64,000 nt of DNA from positions 186,001-250,000 of the forward strand of contig CBFFRP010000200.1 of NCBI GenBank assembly GCA_965644295.1, given 5' to 3'. A program made the position numbers and the translations under genes. The notes beneath the pieces are model-generated. The model had not been told where the DNA came from and made no database searches. It worked only from the letters and a program-made list of their open reading frames with translations. Shown piece by piece: positions 46,947 through 61,151 of this stretch (positions within the stretch are counted from its first letter, which is position 1; each line of letters begins with the position of its first letter). This DNA comes from Paraphysomonas bandaiensis (taxonomy: Eukaryota > Protista > Chrysophyceae).

Positions 46947-47592
46947 TAACATGTCATAGTTTGATATATTGGTCCCTCCTATATTTTATTTCAACCTTGT
47001 TGCCGTATCAGAGTGTGGTATTTTGATATATGGTATGACATCTACTATTTAAGAAACAATATAACACCCCATTGTTGGGCTCAATCAGGGCTAGGGACAA
47101 TATGTTGCAATAGTATCATTGAAAGCTAGCTTCTAACTTCCCATCAAGGATAATATAGCAATACTATACTAGCTGGTCCAACACTACTATAACAATATAA
47201 TACGTTTAGTCTTAGATCTCATCACAATGACTACCTTAAATAACAGAAAGGAAGATAGTCTTATGTCTTATCAAGAAGGGCTATTAGGTATTCAAGCTGG
47301 CTGTTAAAAGTGCATCTTAAAAGAAAATGGCACGTATAGGAAGCAGAATATGGAGTTTGAAGTAGAATAGATATTTTCGAGAATAACACTTTCAATCACA
47401 ACGTATAAATCGATTTCATCGTTATTAATAATGGCAGACAGATCATGATACGATGTGCAGAAGCGTTACCACCACAACACTACGCTACTACATACCATAC
47501 ACAACAGTATGCCATTAAGCGAGAAATATTATGCCATTCACGCTCAATATATAATTCTCATTACGCACTGTTCCGCAGTAAGCAACTACACG

Positions 47593-50026
47593 CTAGTTGC
47601 ATCCACATTTCTCCTTCATAGTCATCTTTCGATCGCCATCAGCAATCACAACAGCGCCGGCGCTTGTCATATTCTCCTTGCTGATTCCGGTTACTCCACG
47701 TCTATCCACACTGGATTTAATACGGGTTGTCATCTTCACAAACGCAGCTTCCACATTGTCTCCACTTAATGCTGATGTCTCCATAAATGGTATTCCGAGA
47801 TCCATGGCCAAATTTTCACCCTCTTCAGTTAAAACCTACACAAAAATTATATTCATATACAAGCTACGACACCACAACAAAACAAAAGTACACATATACA
47901 CTAATTTCACTAGGAATTACTATCACCTGTCTCTGACTCGAGTCCAAATCATTTTTGTTTCCTATGAGAATGGGCTCAATGTCTTGTCCACCAAGCTGCT
48001 TCGCTCGGTCGTACCAGGACCGAACATGTTCGAATGACTCTTTACGACCTAAACAGCAAAGTGAGCAGTGCTGATGTATTGATACTTTTTAAGAAGTCTG
48101 ATTCCATTTTAGTACAGCAATAATATATTGTGCAAACATTTTCAGTACTTATGTCATAGCATAGTAAGGCTCCCTGGGCTCCACGATAGTAGTTCGCCGT
48201 AATAGTTGAAAATCTCTCCTACAACATCACATCAGAGGCGTGAAACCCAGACACTTCTTTACTCATTCGAAGCTGAAATACTTTTAGCACTACGTTGCAT
48301 CACAATTGTGCCAGCAAGAACTCGAGTGCAACACATATGATACATTGGTGGTACCTGTCCCGCTGTGTCCCAAATCTCGAGTTTGCATATGGACCGTCCC
48401 ACACGAATCATACGAGAATTGAAGTCAATTCCAATAGTTGAGGTATAACTTGGAAGAAATACGTTTTCTGAAAATCTAGTGAGGATCGCAGACTTTCCAA
48501 CGGCTTTAAACAAACGTGAGGTTATATTGTTACATCATCGCAGTCATGGCACCTGCATCTCCAATAATTAGAATCTTAAAACTATAGTCCGAGCTCGCCC
48601 CCTCTCCAACAGTAATATCCCTCGAGTCAAGATAGGCACTTAAGTCAAGAAATCGGATGTCATTGAAGCATGCCCCTTTTGCGTCGGTCCCACCAAACAC
48701 ATACGCAGTATTTCCTACAGTTGACAGTGAGCTATTCCCGATGGGAGTGGGTACTGCATTCTCCACGACGTTTACGGTGGTGAAAGAATACGTCTCCACA
48801 TCGAGAATAATGATGTCGTTAAGAAAAACCTATATCATAAAGTTACAATGCTAATTATGCGGTCTACATGCTAAGCAGGTATCATAGCAGCACACAATCA
48901 GATATACCGCGTATATCAATAGTTGCCACCAGCTTATTGCCCTCACCTCATCGCTTCTCTTTCCTCCAAAAATAACGATTGAATGAGCACCAATTACCCC
49001 TGATCCGTGACCACTGCGTGGAAAGGGATTACCCCCCCTTAGCTCTGGGTGGGACCAGGTCATGGTATCCAAACTTAGCTCGTGAAGAGAGAGGTGCCGG
49101 GTGCCGTCACAGACGTCTTCGCCGTTGTCACTGCCTCCGAGAATTATGAGCTTACCCAGAAGACACTGCGCAAAACGTTATAACCGCAACAACATAGGAT
49201 TGTCTTGCATTGCCATTAAGGGCTAAAAAATGTGCAAATAATACACCACTTTCAATGCACTTGCCTCCGAGGTGTGCCTGTATCGAGGTTTGGGCTGAAT
49301 ACCAGATGTAATAGCCTCCCGCCACTCGATGTCTACATAATCAAATATCCATAACTCGTTAGTCGGCCGTTCTGTCCACCCTCCAAAAATCGCAATATCA
49401 TTGGTGCCAATCTTGGATGCACTGTGTTCAGCCCTAGCATCTGGGCGCCTGGTCTTGTTCTGAATGATAGGCTTGGTCCATTTCCACGAGTCCGAGTTTA
49501 ATTCCAAGAAATATATCTATATGCAGCAATATTATAAATTTTATGAACTATGAGATGATATATAGACTGAATTTACCCCATTGTCAGTCTCCTCCGCCAG
49601 GTTTCTATTCTTTCCCTTACGGCGTCTGTTCATGAAGGCTCGTGTCATAAACGACTGCTCATTATCTGCATCTGCATGCATGCCATCGGGCACCTCGAAC
49701 TCAAAAGTGCTTAGCCCCACCATTCCCCCGTAGATCAGTATTCTAGGGGGATGCATTTCCACTAGTGTGGCGGAATGACCATAACGACATCCGGGGTGGT
49801 CTTCTTGGAACTCAGATGCATTGTTTGGCGAACTCCACTGAAACGTAACAGTGTCGTAGATGAAAAGCTGACTAATTGGCTCTCCGTTATAATTACACCC
49901 TCCATAAATCAGCAGCTTCGATCCAATCTGAGTGCAACTCTGAAGAAAGCACGGAGTGGGTGCATTCTTCTTATTTGCTTTTTTCATTTGCAGAAACTGC
50001 CATTGCACAAGTGGAAGACTGTTCAT
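47593..50026 (-). CDS. Kelch-repeat beta-propeller fused to a C-terminal Rab1/Rab8-like GTPase, multi-exon
   Basis: Six kelch blades (IYGG, IYGG, IFGG, ILGG, IFGG, VFGG), then DYSFKILIIGD..VGKS, TIGIDF, WDTAGQERF, YYRGA, GNKND, ETSA and C-terminal CGCN. Confidence 0.9.
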
Positions 50027-50545
50027 AATATAAAGACTTAATGTGCACAGCAAATACTAGACAAGAAATATTGCAATGTTGTATAATGGACCCACAATGC
50101 GCATATGGGTAACTCCCTCCACTATATAATAGTGTTACTAGCTCTTCATAGGCAGCGTATTCATGCCATATCAAGCAGCGCAAGATTGGAAAAAAAACAG
50201 ATATGAAGTGGGTCTTGTTTTTGTGGGTGGCTTCTAAACGTTCTCACTGTTGTTTTTGTGCAAATATTTACTCTATTTCGTCACTTCTAGAGTACATCAA
50301 TTTATCGGCATTTTTTCAAATATGTGGAGATTTTTCTACTAAAATTCGTTAATTTTATTATACAAAAGGGGTATTTTATATACAGCACCATCTCTATATG
50401 TATTTCACAGACCGCCCCTATGTATGCATTCATACGCAGCAGGTCAATATAACCCGGCAGGGTGTGATGTTCCATATGCAAGAATTCTATTCAATATCTA
50501 TTGAGATATTTTGAGCTGCATTCTATTAGGAAAGCCGTGACTCTA

Positions 50546-51515
50546 ATGGATTTTCTATCATCTCCCGTTGTTGTTGAACAAGTCGCCCTCAATATAAAGG
50601 AATGTTTCGTGTATCGTGTACCTCCTCTTCGAAGCGCATCAGGACATAGGTAACACAGCTATATAAATAGAACATAATAATGTCCATGATAGGGCTGAGG
50701 AATGGGGACTAGATAAACCTCTCTTTACGGGATATTTGAGAATATATCAAGCTGATACCAAACTTCGCATTGTGTTGTACCGTTATAAAGACGAGTCAAC
50801 AATGTTATCAAGTGATGAAAACTTGGTACATTTTGCTGAATGTCCGATATGCATAAATCCGAAAGAAGATATTACTCCTTTTGTAGATTCTGTAGCGGAT
50901 TCATCGAGATATTTTGTGATAAGGTTCGTTCAACTGTGCTTTTTTAACAACGCAGTAACGGGCAAGTACAGAGTGAAAGATCCGAATTCTGATAGGTCCA
51001 TTTCACTTGGCATTGGCTTCAGGGAAAGAGATACAGCATTTGATTTCAAAAATACGCTTAACGAGTATGTTCGATATATTGATCGCATGAGCGCTGCTGA
51101 GCAAATGCACAAGGAGGTAAGCCTTTTATGTTCAAAGTTTTTTTCTGACCGACATGTGACTTTGAAAGGTCGAGGAGTTGTCGCTAGAAGATGAGGTATG
51201 TTTTCAACGAATGCTTTTAGACTTGTAAATATACTTTAGCAGGAAAATGCTGCGGACACTGGTCCAGTCAAATGCATGCGAGATCTATCTGTGAAAGAAG
51301 GGGAGAAAATTCATGTTAATGTTAAAACGCTTGGCACCCGCCGAGAAAAGACAAATAAGAGTGGAGGCGGATTGCGGGGTTTAAAACCCCCGCCTCCTCC
51401 AGGGTCAATAGTGAAGGCGCATGACCCAAGTGATGTGACTACTGCTAATTTAGACGGGGAGTCCCCCACGACTGACTCAACAGATGATACAGAATGGGGT
51501 GACTTTACATCGTAA
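50546..51515 (+). CDS. NECAP: Adaptin ear-binding coat-associated protein (PHear domain), multi-exon
   Basis: VYRVPP..GHR|AEEW, DSSRYFVIR, LGIGFRERDTAFDF, KEGEKIHV, C-terminal WGDF. Confidence 0.92.
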
Positions 51516-51840
51516 TGGAATACCTACGTAGTGGCGTTGTAGTATTTAAAATAGTATCGTATTGGTACAAGTGTTGTTATTATCGCTTCTGTCAACGTAT
51601 AATTCATTTTATAACAGGGTTACGATATTACAGTACGTTGTATACTCATTCGAATAGCTAGATGTTAGATGTAGATTCCATACAAATTCCCAGAACATTA
51701 TATAAGCTAACTATATGGATTAAATATTTATACACGATGCTTTTATCACTTTTTTCTTCATGGAACAAATATGTTAATTATGTCAAAATAGGTAGTCCGT
51801 TGTACATCTCTCATATTCTCATGTCTTCCCATGTTCGCCT

Positions 51841-52016
51841 TAAGCAGGTATATCAACATTCTGCGTTTGCTTGAAGTGATAAAGAAAAAGTGCTTGCACG
51901 TTGGCGCTTGCAGTGACGCACAAGCAGCTTTCGAAGCGTTAAAGAGTAGGATCTCAGAGTTAAGCACTGACTCCTTAATGCCTATTGCTAATAACAAGGC
52001 ATTCCCTTATTTACTG
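51841..52016 (+). mobile_element. SINE-like retroposon copy D (5'-truncated)
   Basis: Reverse-complement match to the 3' half of copies B, C and E (gacgcacaagcagctttcg..tcagagttaagcac..ttgctaataacaaggcattc). Confidence 0.8.
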
Positions 52017-52481
52017 CACTGCTTACAAATAATAGTGAACTCAAAAGCAAGCGATAGTACTTAACATTTTGTCAATACTTTACAAAATTGTTTTACTGAC
52101 CCTTTACGTCACATCATCTTGACAAACTCTGTTCTACTAACTCGCATTCGTTTTGGACTGGATAGTTGAAAAAGTGACGTATAACTACTAATGTTTGCAC
52201 AAAGCATACGCTGTATGTAGAAATTAAAATATCATCTTTATTACGGTACTAAAATCGCAATGTAGTAAACCAAACGGTGTCGGAAATCAAAAACGACGAC
52301 TATCGACGAAACATATCAGCAAGAAACAGCACACTATACCCAATCGACAAGAATCATTCTACATGCATAAGTGTTTATTTGAGTATGATATATGTGAGAT
52401 TCTTTAACAAAGACCACGTGAGGCCGGCATTTTTCAGAATATATATCCCGTTTTGGCCCCGTTTCAGACAATGCACCACTC

Positions 52482-54234
52482 CTATTCCGGAGTGGAAGTC
52501 TTCGCGGTAACGCAAGCATATGATGTGTGTTGTGGCTGTTGTTGTCCTGTTTGTTGCATGGGCACAGGATACATGTACGCGGGCTGCGAACAGTACCCTC
52601 CATTTCCTGTTAAATAGCCGTACACTGGTGGCGTACAGGAATCCGTTCGCATTCCTGTGCAGTAATATCCTCCCTCCTCTCCTCCCCCATTGTACGGATA
52701 ACAGTATACTGTATCCATTCCAGAATGTTGCGGACCATGCACCGGAGATGAGCTTCCGTAACCTGAGGTGGACGGAGTAGCAGTAATGATACCGTCCGGT
52801 TGTTCTGCACTTGAATAGTAGCCAACGTCATATGCTTGCTGATGAGATCCGGGGTCTTGACAGTACGATTGATACCCAATCCCTACCCCCATTGGTACAT
52901 AAGATACCAAACCCTGTTGAGCGAGAATCATCTGTTGTTGATGTTGATGCAAAAACGGATCCTGCAGATGTAGTGGGTACTGGTATGGAACAGAAACCGG
53001 GGCGGATGATCTGGGAAGGGAGTACGGAAAAGAGGGAGGAGATGAAAAGCACTGCTCCTCAACCCGAAGAAAGTTACGACTCAGCTGAGACACATACCTT
53101 ACGCCGCGGTAAGTAGCATCGGCCAGTGCATTCACAGCGAGATAGGCCGCAATTCGACCACGCTGAGACACCTCGTAGTGTACGAATGCATAACCTCTCC
53201 TTTGGCCGGTTTCCTGTGCATAAGAACATACAGTGATATTAATTAGATCTACACATGATAACTAAACTCTAACACTTACAGGGCTAAATATATTTGCTTT
53301 GATAGAGACCGAGGTGACGTGTCCGTATTGTCGATAGGTCTGGTAGAGAACCTTTTCGTCTACTACAGCATTCTGTACAGATGTAAGTACAGAAATCCTC
53401 ACAGTATAGTACATATACACCTGCATTGTGGAAAACCGCACATGCACAGATATTACAGGATCCTGTCCCCAGGGCTGCCTACCAATATACTCTAACCCAG
53501 ATTCTGGGTAGGGTCTGTATTCATGAACACCCTCGTAACCATTGCCCCCGTATCCCCCACCGTTCCCTATTCCTGCACCAGTGCGATACCATTCCACGTG
53601 CATTGGGCTTCCATAGAGTACATGTCCATCCAGTGCTTCCTTGGCATCCTCTGCATCCCGGCGATGAACAAAGCGAACACTACCTGTACTGCGTCCATCT
53701 GTTGGTCCAGAAAACGTTAAGTATCAAAACAATCAAGTTTATCACTACTATACCGCAGCATTCCACTTCCGTGTCTTGTTCACATAGCTCACCATATATA
53801 TTAAACGTTGAATTGAGATCCTCAGTCGTCACAGAAGTATCCAAATTGCTTATATACAACCTGCAGTTGCGCTGGGCTTTGCCCACTCGAATCTTTCGAC
53901 CTTTGATGGTAACGTTTTCGCAGCTTGCCACACACTGCTGTGCCATCTCTACAGTCTTCATAGTTACAAAGCCATAGCCCAAAGGTTGAAGAGTTGATTT
54001 AGAACGCTTCACTACAACATCTAAAACATCTCCAAATCTTGTGAATATTTCTCTGACATCTCTCTCTGACGCCTCTCGACTCAAGTCCCCTACGAAAATA
54101 GTGGCCTCCGACACATCATCGTATTTATTATCTGCAGGAGTAGATCCCTCTTGAACACTTGAGATTGGACCACAACTAGATTCACTCTCTCTTTCTGTAC
54201 ATGATTCATCTGGTTTAAGTAGTTCGTGAGCCAT
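52482..54234 (-). CDS. Three-RRM RNA-binding protein with Tyr/Gly/Gln-rich low-complexity tail, multi-exon
   Basis: RNP2 IFVGDL, RNP1 GYGFVTM, LYISNL; third RRM ..GYAFVHY. Confidence 0.85.
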
Positions 54235-55104
54235 GGACTAAAATCATAAACCATACCTTGCGCGATGTCACTAGGAGTACCCATGGCTGATAATATGAAC
54301 ATAGAGTACACACGTATTGATTTTATCTCACCATAAATGTTGTTGTTTTGATGTTACACAGTTGACTCAGTGTCATGTTATGAATCATAGTGAGTCGTTC
54401 AATTGGTGTCAATAGCTATATATACAGTGACCAATAGCATGATCACATGAAGTATAATCATTGAATTTAAAAAGTGTCACTTTCTTAATTCAAAACCTTT
54501 TAAAAAAAACAAAAACAATGACGACACCTTTCTATCGAATCAGATCTCTTCATATCACACACACTTCGACACTTCGACACTTCGACTTCACTTTGTTTTT
54601 TTGTTAGTAATGATGTGAAAAGGAGTGACATCAAGTCATTATTTTCATATATATGGACTTAATATACTAAACATTATCTAACACTAAATATCACTGTTAG
54701 ATAAGCATCAGATATCAATAGATTATAGATAATTCTATTCCATGGTACGGATAATAGACATATGAGTTCAGTGTGGACATTTAGTTGGAAAGATTTTGGG
54801 ATACGACAACATCTTGAGGAAACTCTATGCCGGTATACAGCTGTATACACTGTATTTTTGCACTGTATAAGGGTTATATATATGGCGATAAGGTTCGAAA
54901 ACAGTGTGAAGAGGAGTGAGATGGTGCCAAGAATATACACCCAGAGCTCCTACTGCTACTCTATCTTATCATACAATCCGAATCGCTCTAGTGTGTCCTC
55001 ATGGACAGTGAGATATAGATACTATTGTGAAGACAGATAAGATGGTAGCTGTATAATATTATCCAAAAAGAAAAATTTCGTCTCTATTTAAAAGAATTCA
55101 TAAA

Positions 55105-58100
55105 ATGGGGTGCTTGGAATCCAAGCCGGGCCGACCTCGTACAGATTCCGATGCTATTGAGATACGAGATGGTGCATCAACTGCAAGTGCTACCAGTTCC
55201 CCTAGTAATCATGAATCATCTAAACTGCTATCACCGAAAGAGATGCTATCTGCGAAGAGTTCGCGCTCCTCTCTCGATGTGAATATGTCAGAGAGGTCTC
55301 ACTCTCCGATTCCTCAACAAGAAACTTCATCACCAATGCAAGAAAAGTCTACAAAGCATATGCCCCCACCGTCACCTCTGAAGACCGATCCTCCGCCGCC
55401 GCCAGTAGCACACTCTGATACCTCTGCTCGTGCCTTTGGGCAGGCCACTCCTGAGAAAAAACTCAAGATGTCTGAGATACTTCATGCGGAAAGAGTGAAG
55501 AAAACTCCTTCAAGTGTCTCATCTGCAGGATTCACTGGAGAAGTAGGCACCCACTTTAGTAGTGTTCTGCTTTAACATTCATGTGTGCTGCAGGGAAGAG
55601 AGGGGTGGCTTTATAGAGAAAATGATTCTTTTGGAGAGGTAAATGATGAAGCCGCCGAATCATTTCTTAAGGTATATATGGCGTTATAGTGAATTACATA
55701 TTTCATAATAAATGCGTAGGTATGGGTTGTGGTTGCCCGTAACCGCTTGTTGTACTATTCCCAGCGCCCGAAGGGGGACTATCTCAACAACTTCTCTGCT
55801 AGTGGCTACCTAGACCTCAATTCTGCCTCGTCTGATTGCAAGGTCATGGACCGCAAACATGATGGCGGTCTGCTGTCATCTGTAGGGAAATTCTGTTTTC
55901 GAGTTAGGGATGGCGGTACAACATTGATATTTTCTGCTTCATCAGATGCAGAGAGAAATGAATGGGTATTTTTGATTCAAGAGGCCATCAGAGGAGTTGT
56001 TCACACCCTTAACACTCAGGGGAGCTCCTCTGCCGCTGCGACAGATATAAGGGTACCGAGTAAGACTCGCCGAGTACTAGCTTGCGACAGTGTCGAGCTA
56101 CCGAAGAAAACGGGAATGCTTAAGAAAAAGTCTATAGAAGGAAAAAAGTTCGGGTTCAAAAATGTCAAGTCAAGGTGAGACATCATTACAACTTTAATGG
56201 TGCAATGCATAGATATATGGGTAGTGTGGCATATGTATATTGTAATGTGTGGAATGTAAGGTGGTTTCGACTGGAAGGAGGAGAGTTGCGGTACTATGGG
56301 GAGAAGTCAATGCGCCCAAGTTCCTTGAAGAAAACTATTTCCCTCAAAGGCTGTACAATGCCCACTGAAAATAAGGAAAATGATGGTGACAACATTACAG
56401 TGACCCTTCCGGATGGAAACTCTCTATTAATGATAGCTAACTCTGCGGATAGTGCTAGAGAGTGGCGAACTGCAATCAGTGACACGATAATGATACTCAA
56501 TAAAACATTGGAGGGAGAAAGTAAAGAGGCCAAGAAACGGCGAGTGAATCTCTCCAATGTACAGTATGATGATTCACCGGTAGTTCGGCGCGAAGTGGTG
56601 CATAAGTCTGAAGCCACTGTGAGGTCGATTACCTCTGCTCTACAGCAGCATTTCCTGTTGTGCACTCTGCAAGAATTTGAGCCAGTGCTGGATGCCCTTC
56701 AGTTATCGATATACCTTCCTGGTGATGTTATTATATGGCAGGCAAGGAAGGGATACACCTTGTTATATTACTGCCACTTACAGTGCTTACGTGTATGATA
56801 GGACAGCGTTGGTGATTTGTTTTACATACTTGAGTCGGGTCAAGTAGATATAATCAAGGATAACGAAAAGGTCGCTAGGCTCGGTTCGGGACAGGCGTTT
56901 GGAGAGTTAGCGCTGATAAATGACGTTAATCGGACAGCGAGTGTTCGTGCGGTGACAGTATGTCATACGTGGTCACTGGACCGTAAGACTCTCCGCCACG
57001 TGCTTTCGAGCCAACAGCACACTGTAAAGCAGAACAAAATTGAGTTCTTGGAAACTGTGACTATATTTGAAAAACTGAATAACGCAACGCTAGCCATGAT
57101 TGCTGATGTAATGACTGTTGCATCTTTTTCTCCAGGGGAACAAATCATTCGTCAAGGCGAGGTCGGTATATGTGTGTTCAGTGTATACTATAGTTTAAGG
57201 ATATTTGTTTCAGGTCGGGGAGTACATGTATGTAATTCAAAGTGGTACTGTGGTAGTAACTCAAAGCAGCTTTGGAGGGTCTGTCAAAGAATTGGTACGC
57301 CTTTCTTCGGGTAAATACTTTGGCGAGCTAGCGCTAATATCCAATGAGCCTCGGAAAGCCAACGTGACCGCAGTAGACACTGTGCAGTGTTATGTTATTG
57401 ACAAGGCAACATTCACCAGTGTCCTTGGGGATCTGAAAGAGGCCGAGGTTGAAAGTGTGGGAATAGCTATTCTGAAAAGAGTCAAGCTTCTACAAGGCCT
57501 GTCGGAGAAGCAGCTTGCAACTGTGTCAAAGAACCTGACGACTGTTGAATTCGCGGATGGTGAAACTATAATCCAGCAAGGAGAAGAGGGCGATAAGTTT
57601 TACATGATTTCTTCGGGTATAGTGTCGGTGTACGTTAATCATGCCGAGGTAGCAAAGCTTCAACCGGGATCTTATTTTGGTGAGATGGCTCTGATGAATG
57701 ACGATCGGAGGAATGCAACAGTCACAGCTGTGGGGCCTGTGGTTTGCTTAACGTTGGATCGCTCTGAGGTAATCAAAGTTTTCTTGATATGTGCCCACCT
57801 TCATCGTGTGTTACAGTTTGTCAAAATTCTTGGCCCATTGGATCAAATACTCAAGGAAGAGGCTGCACGACGAGAAGCAGAGGCAAGGGAGAAAAGTGTT
57901 GTTGGCCGCATGCGGTCTTTGTCCAGAGGAATCAGTCAAACGTTTACAAGAAAGACTGCAATAAAGAAAGTAGATGACAGTGAGGGGCCTGGGTTTAATA
58001 TGGATGAATTACAAACTGTACGGGTCTTGGGAACAGGCAGATTTGGTACTGTCAAGTTAGTTCAGCACTGTATCACAAACATGGCTTATGCCCTGAAAGT

Positions 58101-59193
58101 TCAACAAAAACAGATTCTAGATGATTTAAATCTTCAGAAGTCGACATTTACTGAACGCGACATCCTTAGGTCACTTGATAATCCTTATTTCCCTGCCCTA
58201 TATGCGACCTTTCAAGATGCTGACTGTCTTTATATGCTACTCGAGCTGATTCCAGGTGGTGACTTCTGGTCTATTCTGTACGACCCAGACCACGGTACTA
58301 AAGTGAGTTCTCGTACGCGCCTAGGGGGAATCGAGCTTGACGCCGCGAGATTCTATACTGCCAATGCCCTCTCAGCTATAAGTCATTTGCACGAAAACGA
58401 CATTATTTACCGAGACTTGCGTCCCGAAAATTTGGTGAGTAGCGTTTACTTTTGTCTATTTAGTTCCTTGACATGAATGAGTTAAGGTTATGGATAGAAC
58501 GGGATATCTGAAGCTTGTCGATTTCGGTTCGTCAAAGAATTTGGTTCCTCCAGACTTCACGAATACTATTTGTGGCACTCCAGAGTATATTCCACCTGAG
58601 ATGGTGACAGCCAGGGGCCATAACAGGGCTGTGGACTTTTGGGCGTTAGGTGTATTTCTCTTTGAAATGTTGACTGGATGCACTCCCTTCGAACATGCAG
58701 ATACGGTATATAACTGTGGCAGTGGTGTGGTATTTTTTTCATTTTGTACAACAGAGTGGAGTGTATCGGAAAATATTACGATGTTCCGAGACTCTGGAGA
58801 CTGCATTTTCGTCTCAGTTTGACGCATCCGCCAAATCTCTGATCACACAACTTCTGAATGAGGTTCCCGGATTGAGAATCGGCATGTTGAGAAATGGTGC
58901 TGATGATGTGTGGACACATTCTTTTTTATCAGGTTCTTCACTCTGATACTATTGATGCGAGTGTGCTTACTCTATGGCTACTTGTGTGCTCAGGTATATC
59001 ACCCGATCAGATGGCTGAAAGGTTCACTAGGCCGCCTGTCAGGTAAGTACTTTTTCTCGGTGCTCTTCGTCATTCACTACATGTATTAAGACCCGATGTT
59101 GACAACCTCTTCGAGCCCACTAAGCTGGATGCTGACCCTAGCGTAACAGATATTTTGTCGTACACCGGAAAAGCGGACTTCTCTGATTTTTAA
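55105..59193 (+). CDS. cGMP/cAMP-dependent (PKG-like) kinase with two PH domains, three cyclic-nucleotide-binding domains and an MGC acylation motif, multi-exon
   Basis: MGCLES. PH1 REGWL..ERNEWV; PH2 GMLKKK..RWFRL..AREWR. Three FGE[L/M]AL..R.A cassettes. Kinase GTGRFG, YRDLRPEN, DFG, GTPEY; ends FSDF*. Confidence 0.92.
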
Positions 59194-59883
59194 ATGTCCT
59201 CCATTACGGTTGAACCAGCAATGATATGTGATTGTGTATGTGATTTTGGAGTTAAGTAGATAAGTAAGAGTACGTTTTTTAATTTCTTGCTTAAATAGAA
59301 GATAGAAGTGCTGATATAATGGAAGAGGAAAAAGACTTATTGTTGTCTTGTGTAAATAGGTAGTCAATAATGATCTATGCTTTATGCATACGGTCACTTA
59401 TACAGCTAAACTGTACATATCAAAACAATAGCAAATACAGTAATGAGTAAAGTATTGTTCTTAATATCGTTTAGCGAAATATGTTTCTGGTGGTTACAGC
59501 GATTCGCAAGCATTAAATAGAGTATTGCAAATCTTTCGTGTATTTTATCGGACTTTCAACTATACCATGCCTGGTGTATGTACTATAATGCTAGTAAACA
59601 GACACCTGTTTACTTTTTTATTTTCCAAGAATAAATATTACTAGGGCTTATGAAAATCATCTGAACAATAGGTGCTGTTGGAAATCATAATTCATGGAGG
59701 AGCCCATTACTTTTTTCGTCATATTTTAACGATAATACTTAAAACATATCCATGCAATATTTCTTCTTTTTAGTGACATATGCATGATCACTTTTCTTTT
59801 GGTTTCTACCACGCAACTAAAGCAATGTACAACCAGATAGCAAATTATATCAACACTAGAAGAATACAATAAACAAAACATTC

Positions 59884-60680
59884 TTAAGACTTCGAACGCC
59901 CAGTTAATGGTTCGAAGTTTTCGTTATCATATTCTTCTTCAGGCTCTTCCGTGGCTTCGACATCTTTGCCGCTGTCTTCACAAGACATCAGCGAAGGAAA
60001 TATAAATGGAGTCTGAACGGAAAGAAGTGTCGGAGTTACTTCCTCTTTCTGAATACTTCCGAATACTTCCTGGTACAGTTCAAGGTGACGAACAAAACTG
60101 TTTGCAAAGAACTTCAAAAATTTTTGAAGCACCGGAACATCAAGCTTACTCGAGCTACCATTCGATAAAATAACGCTATCCACCTGTGTCATGATGAAAA
60201 TCATTAAAACTGAAGTACAAAGGTGATAAAGAGTAATACTTGTTCACGAAAATATATGGCTGCCGCTTCAGTAGCGATACTGGAATCCATCGCACAACGT
60301 TGCAAATATGACTCCGCAATGGACATTACACCTTTGGCTTGATCAAAAGACATACCGTTCTCATGACAAAAGCTGCCAAAAAAATATTATTATATGGAGA
60401 GATTCACATGCCACTTACTGCAAGTTATGAAATAAATACTCTTGGATAATTTCTGATTTGCTATTGTCAATATAAAAGTCTAGACAGGAAGCTTTGCACG
60501 TTGCCCTTCAACCCATAAATTAAATTCAAATACTTCATTTCATTTTATTAATACATACATCCATCGCTCTTGATCGCTATCACATGAACAGAATTCATCG
60601 TAGAATTCAGGGGATAGTGTTAAGTAGCACTTCTCATTGCTGGTAACACTGGTCGGTTCCTCGACTTCATCGTCAGCCAT
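59884..60680 (-). CDS. CLAMP / flagellar C1a-32 (CFAP119/CABCOCO1-like) domain protein, multi-exon
   Basis: IIQEYYFHNL|FCHENGMSFDQ and FLKFFANSFVRHLELYQEVF resemble this family. Confidence 0.6.
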
Positions 60681-61151
60681 ATCAGACTAATTGGATGCAA
60701 CTTCTAGCGTTTACTTCACAATGACTTGAGATTAAGTACGAGAAAAGAAGACTGTACTACAATAGCAAACGTTAAGCTACTGGTAACAGTCTTTAGTTGG
60801 CTGTGTGAGGGAGTGTATAGATATGAAGATGATGGTCATGTGTGTATATATACACGTGAGACGTTACTTTATATGCACTGTTATACAGTGGACTACATGC
60901 AGCAGTATACGTGTGTCCACACACACCAACACGCACACGCAGCTACATTAAACTTTGAAACTATAAAAACTCCATTTTCTTGACAAAACTCTAGTTTTTC
61001 TACTGCATGAAATAAAAAAAGTCGAGTTTTATAATATATACCCCCCTGTGCCCTTATATACACAGACCAGACCGCCCAGTGTATCTACTCAGGCAGATGC
61101 ATACTATCACATCAGCTGCTTATTGTCATTGTCTTACTGACAAGACAAACC

